64,000 nt of DNA from Dicyema japonicum (Eukaryota; Animalia; Dicyemida), in the NCBI GenBank assembly GCA_011109175.1, contig RDEW01000014.1, forward strand, positions 1,010,519 through 1,074,518, given 5' to 3'. Position 1 is the first letter of the stretch, and each line of letters opens with the position of its first letter. Below are positions 1-13,029 of the stretch, in pieces. The translations under genes were made by a program, and so were the position numbers. Under the pieces are notes generated by a model. That model had not been told where the DNA came from, did not search any database, and worked only from the letters and a program-made list of their open reading frames with translations.

Positions 1-179
1 CATTTGCTCTCCCCACTCCACTGGAGGGGTTTCCACAACTGCAATTATGGACGTCCTACTTTTTATGTTGATTCCGGATGGACTCTGTTTCTGTAGAAGT
101 GGAAACTGGATACACTTAATTAGTTGTTTTTACTTTAACTTTTTTCTCGGTTTATCCTGGGTTAATAAATTAATTAAGT

Positions 180-1400
180 TTCCAATTTGGCTTCCTATGC
201 CCGATTTATCCACTACGGTTTTCTTGAGCTTTGTGATCATTGGTGGAGATATCAACGTGAAGCATTACCTATGGTTGGTAAATAAACCATCCGATACAAG
301 GGGGAAGATACTACTATTGCTGACCGTTCTCTTCAAGATCATGAATGACAAGACAACACATACAAGAACCCCCTTCAAGAAATCAGATCAACTAACAACT
401 CCAGATATCACGCTTTGCTCTTTCTACTTGTCGGCATATCGACCTGGTCGGTCGGCAATATCGATTACTTACAACTAAAGAAGTGACCACAACCGAATTT
501 TTTTGAAGATCAAGAGAGAAATCTCGACTGGGAGTAAGTTTCCATACCACTTCAACTAAAAATGTGCCGACTAAAAATTTACTATGCATTTTTACTGACA
601 AATTTTAGTAGGAACTTTACTTAGACGGTTGTACTTTTCCGGACGTAGCAGTCGCTTATGTCAACAGCAGTATCTTGAATGAATCGACTTAAAAAATCTT
701 TCCTGTTGACTACAGAGAAAAAGCTCCATCGTAGGGATTTGAACAATGAAATAAAACGGGAGCTAAAAACACAGAAATCAAAATGCATGCACGTACTTTT
801 GTCTTTGAACAGAAATAGATTCACAGAAGTTTGAAAAAGTTTGAAAGACTATTTAGGAGGTTTCAAGAGCTGATGAAAGGTCATCTGAGGATGATCACAG
901 GCAAAAAAATCTGAATAACCTGATAAAATATCACGTAAAAATATCCCACAATTACCATAAGAAGTCAGATATACCCCCATTATATCTCACTCAGTAAACT
1001 GAAAAGGAGGCCGGAATCGATATACTTCACCAAAAACAATGTGAGGAATGTATTGAAACTCATAAAGACAACCTACTCCAATAGGCTTGATAAAATCCCA
1101 ATGATCATCATAAAGAATCATGATGATTATGGAACTGCTGCATTGACGAGGATATACAATTACTCAATCAGTAAAATATTATCTCAACCTTGTGCAAACA
1201 GGCACACCTACGTCCAATTCTGAAAACCAGAAAAACAGGTCGCGTTTCTCTGTTCGATGTCAAAAATCCTGGAGAAGCTGGTTCTCTATAAAAATACAAG
1301 ACATTCTTCCGGACATGACATTTTAACATGGATTCAAAAGAGAAAGTCTAAGTCTTGACTAACTTTATACATTATGGATTTTCGCACAGGCCGGAACATC
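180..1400 (+). mobile_element. Degenerate jockey/I-group-like LINE: APE endonuclease and early RT fragments
   Basis: GGDINVKHYLW...IMNDKTTHTRTP...TTPDITLC aligns with the APE of the LINE at 48.6-48.9 kb (CGDLNAKHPLW...SHTRTP...SPDLSLC). Broken RT-like pieces lie at about 850-1400. Boundaries approximate. Confidence 0.7.
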
Positions 1401-1679
1401 TGAAGATTGTAATTTGCTCCATCGACGTCCACAACCCTTTCATTCCAATGTCGAAGAAGATTCTTGGAAAAGTTTTCAAACAAGAGTCCCTGGAAAACTT
1501 AAAGTCTGGGTAGTTATCTTAGTTATCATTGACAATCAAAATCTATTTCTCGGCTTCCTCCAAATTGTGTTTTCAAAGGATCCCCTTATCTCTCTTTTTA
1601 TTCAATCTATTCATCTTCTCCTTTGGTTGAGGTGACCTTTCTGGCACAAATGTTTTCTTCATGCACTCAATCTCCCCTG

Positions 1680-3370
1680 TTTTCCATTGGATCATTCAAT
1701 GTAAGAGGACTTATAACACTTATGTGCGGACCTCCAACACTATGGAATATCTGTGTGCTGTCTCCAGCAGACTAAAGTCCCCAATGGCCTGGCTTAAACA
1801 ATGAACAGGTGTCGACTGCTCTTGTTGCCGTCAGACTTACGACATTATGGGATGGGGTTCGCTATACGTATGGACGCAGCTGTGGTAGATCATAGAGCAT
1901 CAACGACAGGATTGCCATCCTCAAAATACGCCTCGGAAACAACCGCAATACTACTCTATTGATTATCAATGTATATGCACAGACTACAGTGAGGGTATCC
2001 GCCAACACAGAGGAATTTGAAAATTTCTACTCGTTCTTATCATCGGCTTACTCCTCCCTATCCAACTCTTACATGCTCTTTATAGGGGAGACTGGAATTC
2101 CAAAGTGGGGAAAAAGCGGGACGAATCAAATTGCCTGGGTAGCCACGCTCGAGTGATAAGAAATCTGTCCGGGGAGGCCCTTATACACTTCTAAGAGTCA
2201 TTTGGACTGTTCCTTTGTAACACGGCGTTCCGACATGCAGTGCGACGTGTCACGACGTGGACAGGGCAGAGGATAGACTCCTGTGAAAATCGTGTCCATA
2301 TATTTAAGCAAATCGACTACATACTATGGAGGCAAACACAAAGGAGGCTACTCACGGACTCACGTACGTACAGTAGCATTATGGCCTCGAGTGATCACAG
2401 ACTACTGGTGGCACGTCTCATTCTAAAGCGACGCATTGAAATCTCCGGAGCACTGGCAGCTCGTACGCGGAACAGGAACTTAGCCGTGGAGGCATATGTG
2501 CTTCCGGCGATTCCCGTAAAAAGTACGGCGAGAAAATCTCGAAACTGCTGGAAAATATCGATTCGAATGTATCACCCGGGCTGCTATGGAAGTATATTTC
2601 GATCAGAATTAGGCAGACTGCTGGGATAGTACTGAGAAATCGTCTAAGAAGGTTCAAGGGAACTTTTGACAAAGAAATAGACGAATTGGCAAAAATCCAA
2701 AGGAAATTCCGACTCTTAATTGAGTCGTCAAACTCGACAAGCTTCAATGACTCTCTTAAAATAGAACGTAACAGCATCAAAGTGGTTTCAGACATGGAAG
2801 GTCGACAGCAAACGTTGTATGGAGCCACAGATGGCTGTGTGCAATGTGCCAGTACACAAAGGAGAAATTTCAAGCATTGGACCTATCTTGTTCTTTAGAC
2901 ACCATCAGCCGCAAAAAGCTAATGCACGTACTGGAAAGATCTCTCCTCGGGGACTCGGAGGACGTTATTCACAGGAAAGTGCTGACGGTTACCCCTTTAA
3001 AAAATGTGGAGATCTGGATGGGGCGAAAGTACATAAGCACTCGCCTTCGAATTCGGTTGTACAACTTTTTTATCGAACCAATTCTGCTTTACAACACGGG
3101 ACTTGGGACCTAACCCCAAAGAACTGGAGAAGCTCAACTCTTTCCAACGAAAACAACTACGACTTCTCCTGGGCATCACTGGCCAAAGCGGATGACCAAC
3201 GACGAGCTCTGCAGAATCACTCAAACACAGAATAGGAATAAAGTGACTTCGGCGAAATGACAGCTTTTTGTACATGTTCTAAGAGCTTCGGAAATGGCAC
3301 CAGACAGTCAGACCGTGGAATCATACTTCTCTATATTAAACAAAGCAACGTACCGAGGTCGACAAAGAAC
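1680..3370 (+). mobile_element. RTE-like LINE, internally deleted and frameshifted
   Basis: APE motifs GSFNVRGL, INVYAQTT, KQIDYIL, SSDHRLLVARL are colinear with the ORF at 53889-56456. Near 2935 the sequence jumps to SLLGDSEDV, skipping the RT core. Confidence 0.8.
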
Positions 3371-3372
3371 TC

Positions 3373-4715
3373 ATTATTATTATTATTATTATAAGCAACT
3401 ACATAGAATCATATAAACTATAATTCTATTCGTGCCGCGTCTGAACAATCCTCTTAATTAGCCTTTCCCATCCCCTCCTGTCCGATGCCAAGTGCCGCAG
3501 ACTACTAAGGTCTTCACCGTCCTTTAGTTGTCTGGTTACTGATCTCAGGTCACCATTAAGGACTTCCGGAAGAGTTATTCTTGGACGACCTCTGAACTTC
3601 TCCCCTGACGTATCGAAGTATTCTTCCATGACGACGTTTGCTGGCGTGTCTTGTTCCAATCTGAGAATATGGCCAAACAATCTCCAGCGAGCCTTCATGA
3701 TCATGGTGCTCAGAGGTCCGGAACCGCATCTTCTATATAAATTTTCACTCCCTACACGCATTGGCCACTTTAGTCCCAAGAGAGACCGAAGTTGCCTTCT
3801 GTGAAAGGAGTCAAGGTTTTGTTCGTCCGTTTTCGAAATTCCCCACGTCCCAGAGTTGTATGTTAGTATGGGCCTCACGAACGCCTCATACAACCTGAGT
3901 CGGAGTGATGGCCCGACCGAGCATTTTCTTATCCAACATTTCATAAGTTTTTGCATAGTAACCGTAGATAACAATTTTCTTCTTGCAATGTCTTCGGAGT
4001 CTCCGAGAAGAGAGCCAAGCTTTACGGTCTTCCTCCAACATTCACTATTGCGTAGTTCCATCCGCTTAATTTCAACAATATCCGTTTTCTGAACATTCAG
4101 TGATAGACACCATTTGGCCAAACAGCCTGATGCAACCTCCAAGAGACGTAAGAGTGCTTCTTTGTCAGTCGAGATAAAGTCAACATCATCGGCATACACG
4201 ATCTCCATAATATCATTGTTGTAATACTTCCGGAGGTCTTGCAGAGCCGATTCAAGGTATATAGCAAACAATACTGGGGAAAGGGAATCTCCTTGGGGTG
4301 TGCCCACTGTTGAAATAATTTCCCGTGACAAACATTTTCCAATACGCACTCGTAACCTCGTGTTTGATAAGAGTATCCGTATCAGAATAACCGAGTCCTT
4401 ATCCAGGAAACTTTCAAGCACTTCAATGAGTTTTCCCCGACGGACAGTGTCGAAAGCTCTGGTCAGATCAATTCCAAGGATAGTCTTTGAGCTCCGGAAT
4501 CTTTGTTGAATAGCACATTGCCATCTATGGCACCATACTACATCAGCCGTTGATCTCCCTGTCCTAAAATTACTCTGGCTCTGGGCCAAGTACCCGTCCA
4601 CCGGCTCTTGGATCCGATTAAGAGTAATTAGGGCAAGGATCTTCCTTAAGGTGTTTAGAAGGATGACAGGGCGCAGGTTTTCAAAGAACTCATGTGCATA
4701 GGAAAAAAGCTGAAA
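3373..4715 (-). mobile_element. 5'-truncated RTE-like LINE with an open RT-to-C-terminus frame (ORF 3426-4733) and (TAA)n tail
   Basis: Motifs DLTRAFDTVRR, GTPQGDSLSPVLF, YADD, RWRLFGHILRL, RGRPRITL. (ATT)n tract at 3373-3392 on + is the 3' tail. Confidence 0.9.
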
Positions 4716-4959
4716 AGAACGTAACAGCATCAAAGTGGTTATTATTAATAATAATATTCATCTTCTTAAAACAGAAACCGAAAATGATATTCTTCTCACT
4801 TATAGTCGTCACAGCTTCTCACGTTCTGGACATAGAGACTGCTAGTTCAGGATTGTAACAAAGCTGGACTGTTTCAACGAATGACTAATTATTAACCGCA
4901 TGTCGACCAGCACTCAAAAGTCAGTCACAACTCTTTCCACGTCAGAAAAGAAACTGAGA

Positions 4960-5480
4960 AAACAGACGGTCTAATTAAAAGCTAGCGACGGTGTTATCCC
5001 ATTTTTCAGATCTCAAAAGATCCTTAAGGTTATTTTTGACATGCAATTTTCCTCTATGTTGAAAATATGTAACAAAATGTCTCTCGGAGTTATGGAAGAT
5101 CTGAAATCACCCTATTTTGGAGACTATCTGCAAGCAATACATTGAGCCATGCATTTATTAAGAGTGTGTCTCATGAGATCCACTCATTTCCTGGACAAAT
5201 ACCTTAAGAGATCGAATCCAGTCAGAAAAGGACTTTCAAAGTTACATAACGATGGACTTCTGGAAAGGTCCCCTCTCCTATGCCTTTGGAATCCGTAAGA
5301 AAAGAAGAGCGTGCCGTGCGACTACGAATATCCAGTTATACTACCGACACATGCTTGTGTGGGCTCGGGGGAGGAACACTGGGCCAAGATGAGGTCTCAG
5401 TTGGAACATGAGGAATCACGTGAGTGGCTAGTATGGTTTTACTGTAATCTTTGGAATCTTTCACTCATTCACTCATTCAC
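4960..5480 (+). mobile_element. Jockey/I-group-like LINE 3' relic
   Basis: KQYIEPC motif shared with the copy at about 11420. The terminal VGSGEEHWAKMRSQLE matches the family C-terminus. Short (CATT)-like repeat at about 5460-5480. Confidence 0.5.
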
Positions 5481-6208
5481 TATCAACATAAACTAATCAA
5501 CTCTAGCGATAAACATGGTAAAAATTAAAGGGTCTCTGCAATGCCGGACTAGGCCATCAAGACAGCATATTGATCCCACGAAAATATAGAGAACTAAGTC
5601 ATTCGGTCGTATCGAAAATAATCAATTTAAGTTACTAAAGTGGTAGTAGCTATAACCTTTTGAAAACCATTGTACTAAACGAAATAGACCAAGCGAAACA
5701 ATAAATTCTTCGCATTCAAATTCAAAGATGGAATCACGTGCATTTAGTAATTAAGAACTCTTGGATCATCGATAAAGAAAGACAGAACACAGTTAGCTAT
5801 CCCCAGTTCCCGCAATTAATCGAGTCATCCAACGTCTTTGGTCTCCCATTGTTCCCACTACCATACGACAGAGCCTTCTCTCATCCTTGCAGAGGAATCG
5901 GATTGTGCATTAGTTCCACGTGCATTAGTTTGTTCTTTAAGTGGGTTAACAATTTGAAGAAAAAAACAAATAAAACAGTTGAAATATATTTAAGTTGAAA
6001 TTTATTATATAGCTTGTAGAACAAATAATTAAATGGTTAAAAGTTCTTCAAGGTTAAATTGTAGCGTTTAGCATGTCTTGCCACATAATCAATCTAGTGT
6101 TAAATCCATCATATTTATACTAAAAATAGCATTAATAATGTCTTTATTAATTGTTATTACATAGTTAATACTTGTTTTCAAACTATGATCGCCGTAAGAA
6201 TTACCGGC

Positions 6209-8710
6209 ATGTCACGCTACGAAAAACGTTTTATGGTTCACAATATGAATTGAATTCCGCGACTTTCGTAGTTTTGTTCGTAATGTCGTCGAAACGATGT
6301 AAGTTTTACAGGTCTGTCCTTGAATTGTGATTTGTAGGGCAGAACATGTCGAGTTACTATCAATTCAGATTAACTTGCATGAAAAATGCAAATATGCTGA
6401 GTCTGATTCAAAATTTATCCTGATGACGCGGAAATTTTTGGTTTGTTCGATTCCATTTATTTTCTGTAGTTTAGACCATATGATGGCTTCATTAAAAGAA
6501 TCAGAACTGAAAAATGGCTCGATAAGTACCACGAATCCGGGGAAGCTCTCTTGCATATTTATTTTTATTTGTACAATTTTTGCAAGAGCAGAGTGGTCTA
6601 TAGAATTTTGGACCAATTTGACAATTTTGACACCATAAAATCACTTTTTGTCTGTTTGAGGAGTCGTGCTCCTCCTCTCATCAAACTGATCGTTTTGTCC
6701 CTAATTAACTGTTGCTCTCTCAACACATATCTTACAGAAAATTATCAAGACTTGGAAATCATAAAGTTGTTATGCTCAAATTTTGCACTCTACAGCAGTG
6801 CTGACACTAATTTTACAATTAAATTGTGTGGAAAGACTACTTGGCACGTGTCCTGCCTCAAGAAGATAAGTTCTAAAGACCTTTCTGTCCCCTCACGTTG
6901 TTGCAGTTCTGAGTCATACGAGGACATCAATTGTAGTGACATCCAAACAAAATTTACTTTTTTCTGTTTGTCAATATTCACCAGACTCATCACGGAAGGG
7001 TTTTCCTTTCAACTGCTGCATGGAAATTCCTTGTATTGTAAGTTCATGGATTGTTTTGGGCGATTTTCGAAGGATGTGGACTATTTATGTGCTCAGGCTT
7101 TTTTGACATTCGCTGTCTTCCCTACTGACCACTTCAAAGTAATCGTTTCTAATATGTGAAGGTCGAATTCCTTGTTAAACAGTTGGTTAAACATTTAATG
7201 GACAGAGTTTGCGATTTTTCTCCCCTTTTCATTACCGTTCAGTCTTTGATGACGATTCTTATTTTAAAGGACAAATATAGCGACACTGACGTTGATCAAA
7301 TAAAGTTATCAGAATCGATTAAAAAAGTGGTCCTGAATTCATCCTCCAATGGACTGATTACTCACGATGGGTTGCTTCCACCGGATAGTCTAATAAGCCA
7401 GTTAACTGACATTTATGAAATTCGACTTCATGACAGTTCTTATGCTATCATCTCATTTTACTTGAATTCCATCTTCTACTACAAAATCTCAAAGGGAGAA
7501 GTCAAGGTTTTAACAATTTGATAAGTTTTATTCAGGATGTTGCCACTGAGTACTCTCTTTTGCTGCGAAAAGCTGTTATTATAGGCTGCAACTCAGTAAA
7601 GTCTCTTTCTGTTGAAATTTTGAAACATCTCGACATTTCTTGTCCTCCATTCTTCCTCAATCACTCTGTCAATAAATGGAAACCACGTGACTTGAAAGTT
7701 TGGTTTGATTGTATTGGTATGCTTTCAACTCTAATATATAGGCGTTGGCTGCACTTCTCACTATTTTTGGAATACATATCTTTACCCGGGGGAGATTATT
7801 ATCAATAGTGAAATTTCAGATATTGTGAAGGCCTTTAACATTGATATCTCTCAAATTGGTCAACTCATGTACTTGAGTCAAATTATTTTAGATTTCAAAG
7901 AGAGCTGGATTATTTGAAGACGTGGAATGACTACTCGGTGTCCAATTCTCAGTATATCGACAATTGCGTGGAAGGAGCTCCTACCGATCTGAAGAACTTA
8001 TCCTCTAACATTGACGGTGGGTATGAAACTTTTGATAAAAAATGTTCCTCCGATCGTCATCTTATGCACAATGCAGTAATCGGTCTCGACTATCTTTTTT
8101 ACTTTTTTGTAGAATCCAGGAGTATGTCGAACAACAGCATGACACCTTGCAGTATTACGAGTCCGATATATTTGAAATATTTCGATGTTTTTGTCTCCTA
8201 TCGAAGGGATTTTGGTTCTCATTTAGCGAGGTTGCCTTTCAAACCTTATTTAATAGTTTGCTGCAATATGTTTTACAGTCACGTGGCTTTAGTGTTTTTC
8301 TTGATGTAAAAACGCTAAATTCCGGATGCTTTAGTTCAAAAATTGTCGAGTCCATAGCTAACAGCTACAATGTTGTGGTAATTCTATCTAAGGGAGCACT
8401 AAATCGATCCCTCGAGGATAATATCGACTACTTCCACATGGTATTTGTTCCATATTATTTGTAGGAGATTGAAACAGCCATAAAAGAGGGGATCAACGTT
8501 ATTCCGGTATTTTACAACTTTGAAAAACCGAATGTTGATTTTTTGCCTGAAGTATTGGAAAAATTCTTACGGATGAACGGGATTACATGGTCTCACGAGT
8601 ACCAGGATGCAACTATTGAGAAGCTTATTTCATTCCTTCGTCCTTATTGTCGTGGTCTCAGTCGATCTTTCTCAAGCGGTTCCGGTGGACCGTATCTTAC
8701 TAGGGATTGA
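6209..8710 (+). CDS. SARM1: SARM1/TIR-1 orthologue (ARM-SAM-SAM-TIR), multi-exon with tiny introns; start codon uncertain
   Basis: Removing GT-AG introns 8231-8256 (26 nt) and 8441-8464 (24 nt) gives [34 protein letters not shown]...HMEIETA...NGITWSHEYQDATIEKLISFL, colinear with the SARM1 TIR domain. SAM-like VNKWKPRDLKVWFDCIG near 7670. Stop TGA at 8708-8710. Confidence 0.88.
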
Positions 8711-8854
8711 TTTTTTACTGAACATATAAATATGATTTATCATAATAGTTTTTCATTTTGTTCTTGTTAAAATATATGTTGAATTAATTTGCATTAACTT
8801 AATTCCTTTTATGCTTGGTGTGACTATTTTTGTCGATGTAAAATTTAATCAAAG

Positions 8855-8910
8855 CTGTTAGTTCTATGAATTCCAGTTACTAGCCTGTTAGTTCTAGGAA
8901 TTCCAGTTAC
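8855..8910. repeat. Two-copy tandem repeat, 30-bp period
   Basis: ctgttagttcta(t/g)gaattccagttac at 8855-8880 and 8885-8910. Confidence 0.9.
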
Positions 8911-9469
8911 CCAGGTATATATCGTTCGGTTACCCCACTTGGTTTCATAATGGATGAAGGCCATTTTCTTTATGTGAACATGGGGACACTTAAGAGTGTT
9001 GGAAATTCGAATTTCTAAAAAAATGAATTCTCAAATACACATACGATCAGGATTTGAATCTTAAAAATTGAAAGAACTTGTGAGATTATCTGTCAGAAGC
9101 TCATGATTAATATGATTTTTTGCTAATAATAATCAATAGATTGGAATTAGTTAATTCATCACTTTCATGTCATTGTTAGTCAAATTTTGACATTAAGTAT
9201 CAAACCGTGCCAAAATTTGACATTATGTCCTTGTTAAACTTTGTCATCCCAAAAGTATTTTAGCATCTTTAATTTTCATTTAAAATCTTGCCATTATATC
9301 ATCAAACAGTAACTGAAATTAAATTCACAATGATAGATTAACTTTTTGACATTATTCTTTGATGTTAAAGAGAAAATCCATACAATTTAAACTCAGTTTT
9401 TAGGGAAGGTTTGACTAATATCCTACTTAAATATCTGAATTTGAGAAGGTTAATTCTCTCGAAAATTAA

Positions 9470-9710
9470 AGATTTAAATAGAACATCTCCACCAAATCGT
9501 GTGATGGAGGAATATTTCATGGAACAAACGAGATTATTCCGAGGAACGCCCAGGACAACTATACCATCTGTGTTAAATGAAGACTTAAAAGGCGTCAGTA
9601 GAAAACTAAAAACGGCCGACGATTTCGATGAGCTAAGAGAACTTGCGAAAAAGAGTGAACCATGGATGAGCTGCTACAAAGGGTGGCCGGTGCGGAACAA
9701 GGGAACCTTA
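9470..9710 (+). mobile_element. RTE-like LINE 3' fragment
   Basis: PPNRVMEEYF...RGTPRTTIPSVLNEDLKGV...KTADDFDELRELA matches the C-termini of the other RTE copies. Confidence 0.75.
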
Positions 9711-10189
9711 ATTTTATATGTTCTCGCAGGTCCCGATAAAGATATAATAAAACATCTGCATCTACTAATGATCCAGGTCTTGGGAGAAGAGATTTCCGCC
9801 TCTGTATAATGTTTTAAGGCATAAGAAGCATTAGATTATTATAGATTTGTTTAAGATACGTGTAACGAGAGATTTACATTGTAATGGGACCGAAATTAAG
9901 TCTCGCTAAAAATATATGTGAGCTTCTGCTACACTTGGAATTTTTATGCAGTAAAAGAACAAAAGACTGGTGTAGAAAATCGAAAATTAATGTTAAGGAA
10001 ATTTTGATTTTAAAGATGGTATAATTTGAAAACTGCTGTTGACAGACACCTTTTCCCAGTCATAATTATCAGATTCCACGTTGAAAGCTGGGAAAGCAGC
10101 ATGAGCATTCGAGAACTCTAAAATAAAAAATACGACATCTTTTCCATCAGATTCCGTATGCAGCAAGATCTACTGTTTTGGCCTACACC

Positions 10190-10690
10190 CTCTCTCCTGT
10201 AGGAAGAGTGCAGGCAGATTTCCCAGGCACATGGCCTTGAACGAAGTCGTTAGTCGTTACGCCGCCGGACACCCCTCCATGCTCGAACCAGTCGTTCTTT
10301 GCAGGCGGGACGGGAAACGACCAGATGGGATGACAATCTCCCTTTTGAAGCCGGGAAACCTCTTGTCTGGGACGTTGCCTGCACCGATACATTTGCCTCT
10401 TGCAACCTACTCCAGAGTGCCTCTGGAGCCTGTTCTGCCGCTGAGAAGGCAGAGAAGATGAAACAGGAAAATTACGCGGTCCTACCCAAGGATTTTTTGT
10501 TTGTTCCACTCGTCGTTGAGACGTCTGGTTCCCTTGCGCCTGCGACGCTGGGATTTTTAAATCGCCTAGGAAATCGGATCGCTACATGAACAGGAGACCC
10601 TCGTGAGCACTGCTGGTTATTTGAGCGAATCTCGCTCGCCATCCTGAGAGGAAATACCCACGAAGTCAAGACAGCCGCCATATAACCGTT
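10190..10690 (+). mobile_element. CRE-clade (RLE endonuclease) non-LTR retrotransposon, 3' end
   Basis: LHPLSC...RH, DGKRPDG, LVWDVAC, PLVVETSG, ERISLAILRGN. Confidence 0.85.
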
Positions 10691-10774
10691 TACTCTTTTT
10701 TCTCTCTAAGTGTTAAAAAAAACTGTTAACTAAGATAAATTATTATTAAAAAGCATTCCCGAGAAAACATAAAA

Positions 10775-11700
10775 GTGATCTGCTCTATCGACATACATAA
10801 GGCTTTTGACTCAGTCTCGAGGAAGATTCTATCGAGAAAAATATTTCAATCGGAGATCCCTGAGAAGCTAAAGCTTTGGATTATTAACTTAAATGGACGA
10901 AGGGGACGTGTTTGCCTCAGAAGTCTGAAATCAATCTCACGGCTCCTCCCAAACGGAGTCCCTCAAAAATCGCCTTTATCCCCTGTTCTGTTTAACTTCT
11001 TTCTGGCTGATATCCCGAATCTTGAATCTGATAATGATGTTCTACTTTCCTATCGGATGATATTGTGTTGGCTTCGCGAGATCAGGACATCCAGAGGGCC
11101 ACAGAAAAATACAAATTAACCTGGACAAGCTTAATTCTTGGATAATGGAAAACCGGCTCGTGGTGAATGCAGAGAAGTCGTCTACGTCACTATTTACCTC
11201 AGACAAAAGATTGGGAAGGAAACAGTCACCTTGCAGTTAAACAAAGTCGGCATCCCTTTCCACAGATGTCAAAGGATCTTGGGTGTGACAATTGATATGC
11301 ATCTCTGTTTAACACCTCACGTAGAAAACATTGTATTGAAATGCGAGAAAAACTGAACGTATTGAAAAGTTTATCGGGAATATGGAAGAGTGGTACTCAC
11401 CCAGTCTTGATGAACGTATACAAACAATACATCGAGCCATGTTTTTCATATGCATGAGCCTCGTGGGACCGTCCATATATTGGACAAATATGAGGAAAAT
11501 TGAGGAAATGCAAAAGAGGCTTACAGAGTAACGGAGCGTTGGATTTGTGAAGATCATCGACCCAGACCTACGCCTCTGGAGGGCTCTATGAGACTAGACT
11601 CCAGATCACGGGAAGTTGGCCCTGAAAATTCAGGCCGTCCTGTACGTTCATGCGCGGGCACAAAGGAAGAACAACGGGCAAAGTAGAGGTCTCTGTTAGA
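10775..11700 (+). mobile_element. Jockey/I-group-like LINE, RT and 3' region, frameshifted
   Basis: SIDIHKAFDSVSR, NGVPQKSPLSPVLF, ILGVTID, YKQYIEPC. Confidence 0.8.
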
Positions 11701-11769
11701 ATGCATCGATCACGTGATAATTAGTTTTGTTTTACCGTGGTCTTGGGTTAAATAAATAAAAAAATAAAA

Positions 11770-12203
11770 CTAGCTAAGTTTCCCTTGTGCCGTATTTCGA
11801 ACCATCCTCTCCATTAGCTTCGACCATGATCTTCTGTTGCGCACTAGTTCTCTTAGGTAGTTAGGTCGTCCGCCATATCCATTATAATATCAGATGCTGT
11901 CTACACCCTTGTAACGTAGTGAATCAGGCCCTGATGGACTGCAAATCCGAGACCATAATGTCGGCAGGCCGACGGAAGGATAAAAAGGTGAAATTTTCCA
12001 AACAGTTCTGTACATTGTACGGTCGTTTTTGTCTCTTGTAGACAGCAGACAGAGACGTCATATTTAGTTAGATCGCATACCAGTTGGTGTTTCTTGTAAG
12101 GTTGATCAAGTCATCTGCAATTGAAAGATCCCAGAGTGAATGGAGAAGTCGGTAAGGAATAGAAATAAGACATAGTGCAATAGGGTGTCATCACCACCTC
12201 AAC
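11770..12203 (-). mobile_element. Short bipartite RTE derivative (5' end joined to 3' end)
   Basis: About 11920-12203 is homologous to the 5' end of the full RTE (56190-56488, including GTTGAGGTGGTGA...GCACTATGTC). About 11775-11880 is homologous to its 3' coding end (53520-53630). Confidence 0.75.
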
Positions 12204-12324
12204 TTATACGTTAAGATATAAAAAGTTCGAAAATATAGAAAATTGAATCTTTTGAAAAAAATTAAGGTAGACTGGCCATCCTTAAGAGTTTTCGTTGTTT
12301 CGAAGATTTTTAATAGTCCGGATC

Positions 12325-12394
12325 TTGTGTTCTGGTCAAATTCAATTAACTAACAGTTTTTGTGTTCTGGTCAAATTCAATTAACTAACAGTTT
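12325..12394. repeat. Exact 35-bp tandem duplication
   Basis: ttgtgttctggtcaaattcaattaactaacagttt occurs twice head to tail. Confidence 0.95.
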
Positions 12395-13029
12395 CAGAGA
12401 GTTTTCAAGACGAAAGAGCATATTACAAGACTAAGGAACATAGGAATCTTTCCAAGGCGAAGAAACATATTACAAGTCGAATGAACATATTCTAAAAAAA
12501 TGAAGGAACCTATTGAAATGTGTAGTAACCCAAAGGGTCGAAATCTCTCGATATTTTGCAAGTTGGACCTTGTACCCACACCAATTGATCCCTACATCAG
12601 AATTGCGGTCTACAAAACTTTGTTACCCACACCAATTGATCCCAACAGGACTGGGAATACTGTGGAAAAATATACTGGGGAATAGATAGATTAGGTGAGA
12701 ACTAACTGAAGATGGACTTACTTTGTACCTACTATGTTTTGGATATAAGGGCGTTTATTAATGAAGATGATGGGGCACTTGCAAAGTGTCCATACTAAGT
12801 AACCTGGCCCTACATACCAATTGGGGTCTACAAGAAGTTGTCACCCGAATCATTGGTTCCTACAAGCGGATGGGACTACTTGGGAAAGCATGAGGAGGAA
12901 GGGACCTGTGGAATAACAACTGGAGAAAAACCAAATAGCTTTGGACTAGCTTAGAAGTGTCCAGCCGCGTAAGCGGACTAGTTAAGAACCCCTAGATCTA
13001 ACTCCTAATTCCTGTTTCTAATAAAATTC

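Noticed and set aside
5311-5420. BEL/Pao integrase-like YPVILPTH motif
   Set aside because: The flanking sequence aligns with the jockey/I-group LINE 3' region seen at about 11420 and 41500; no other BEL motifs are present.
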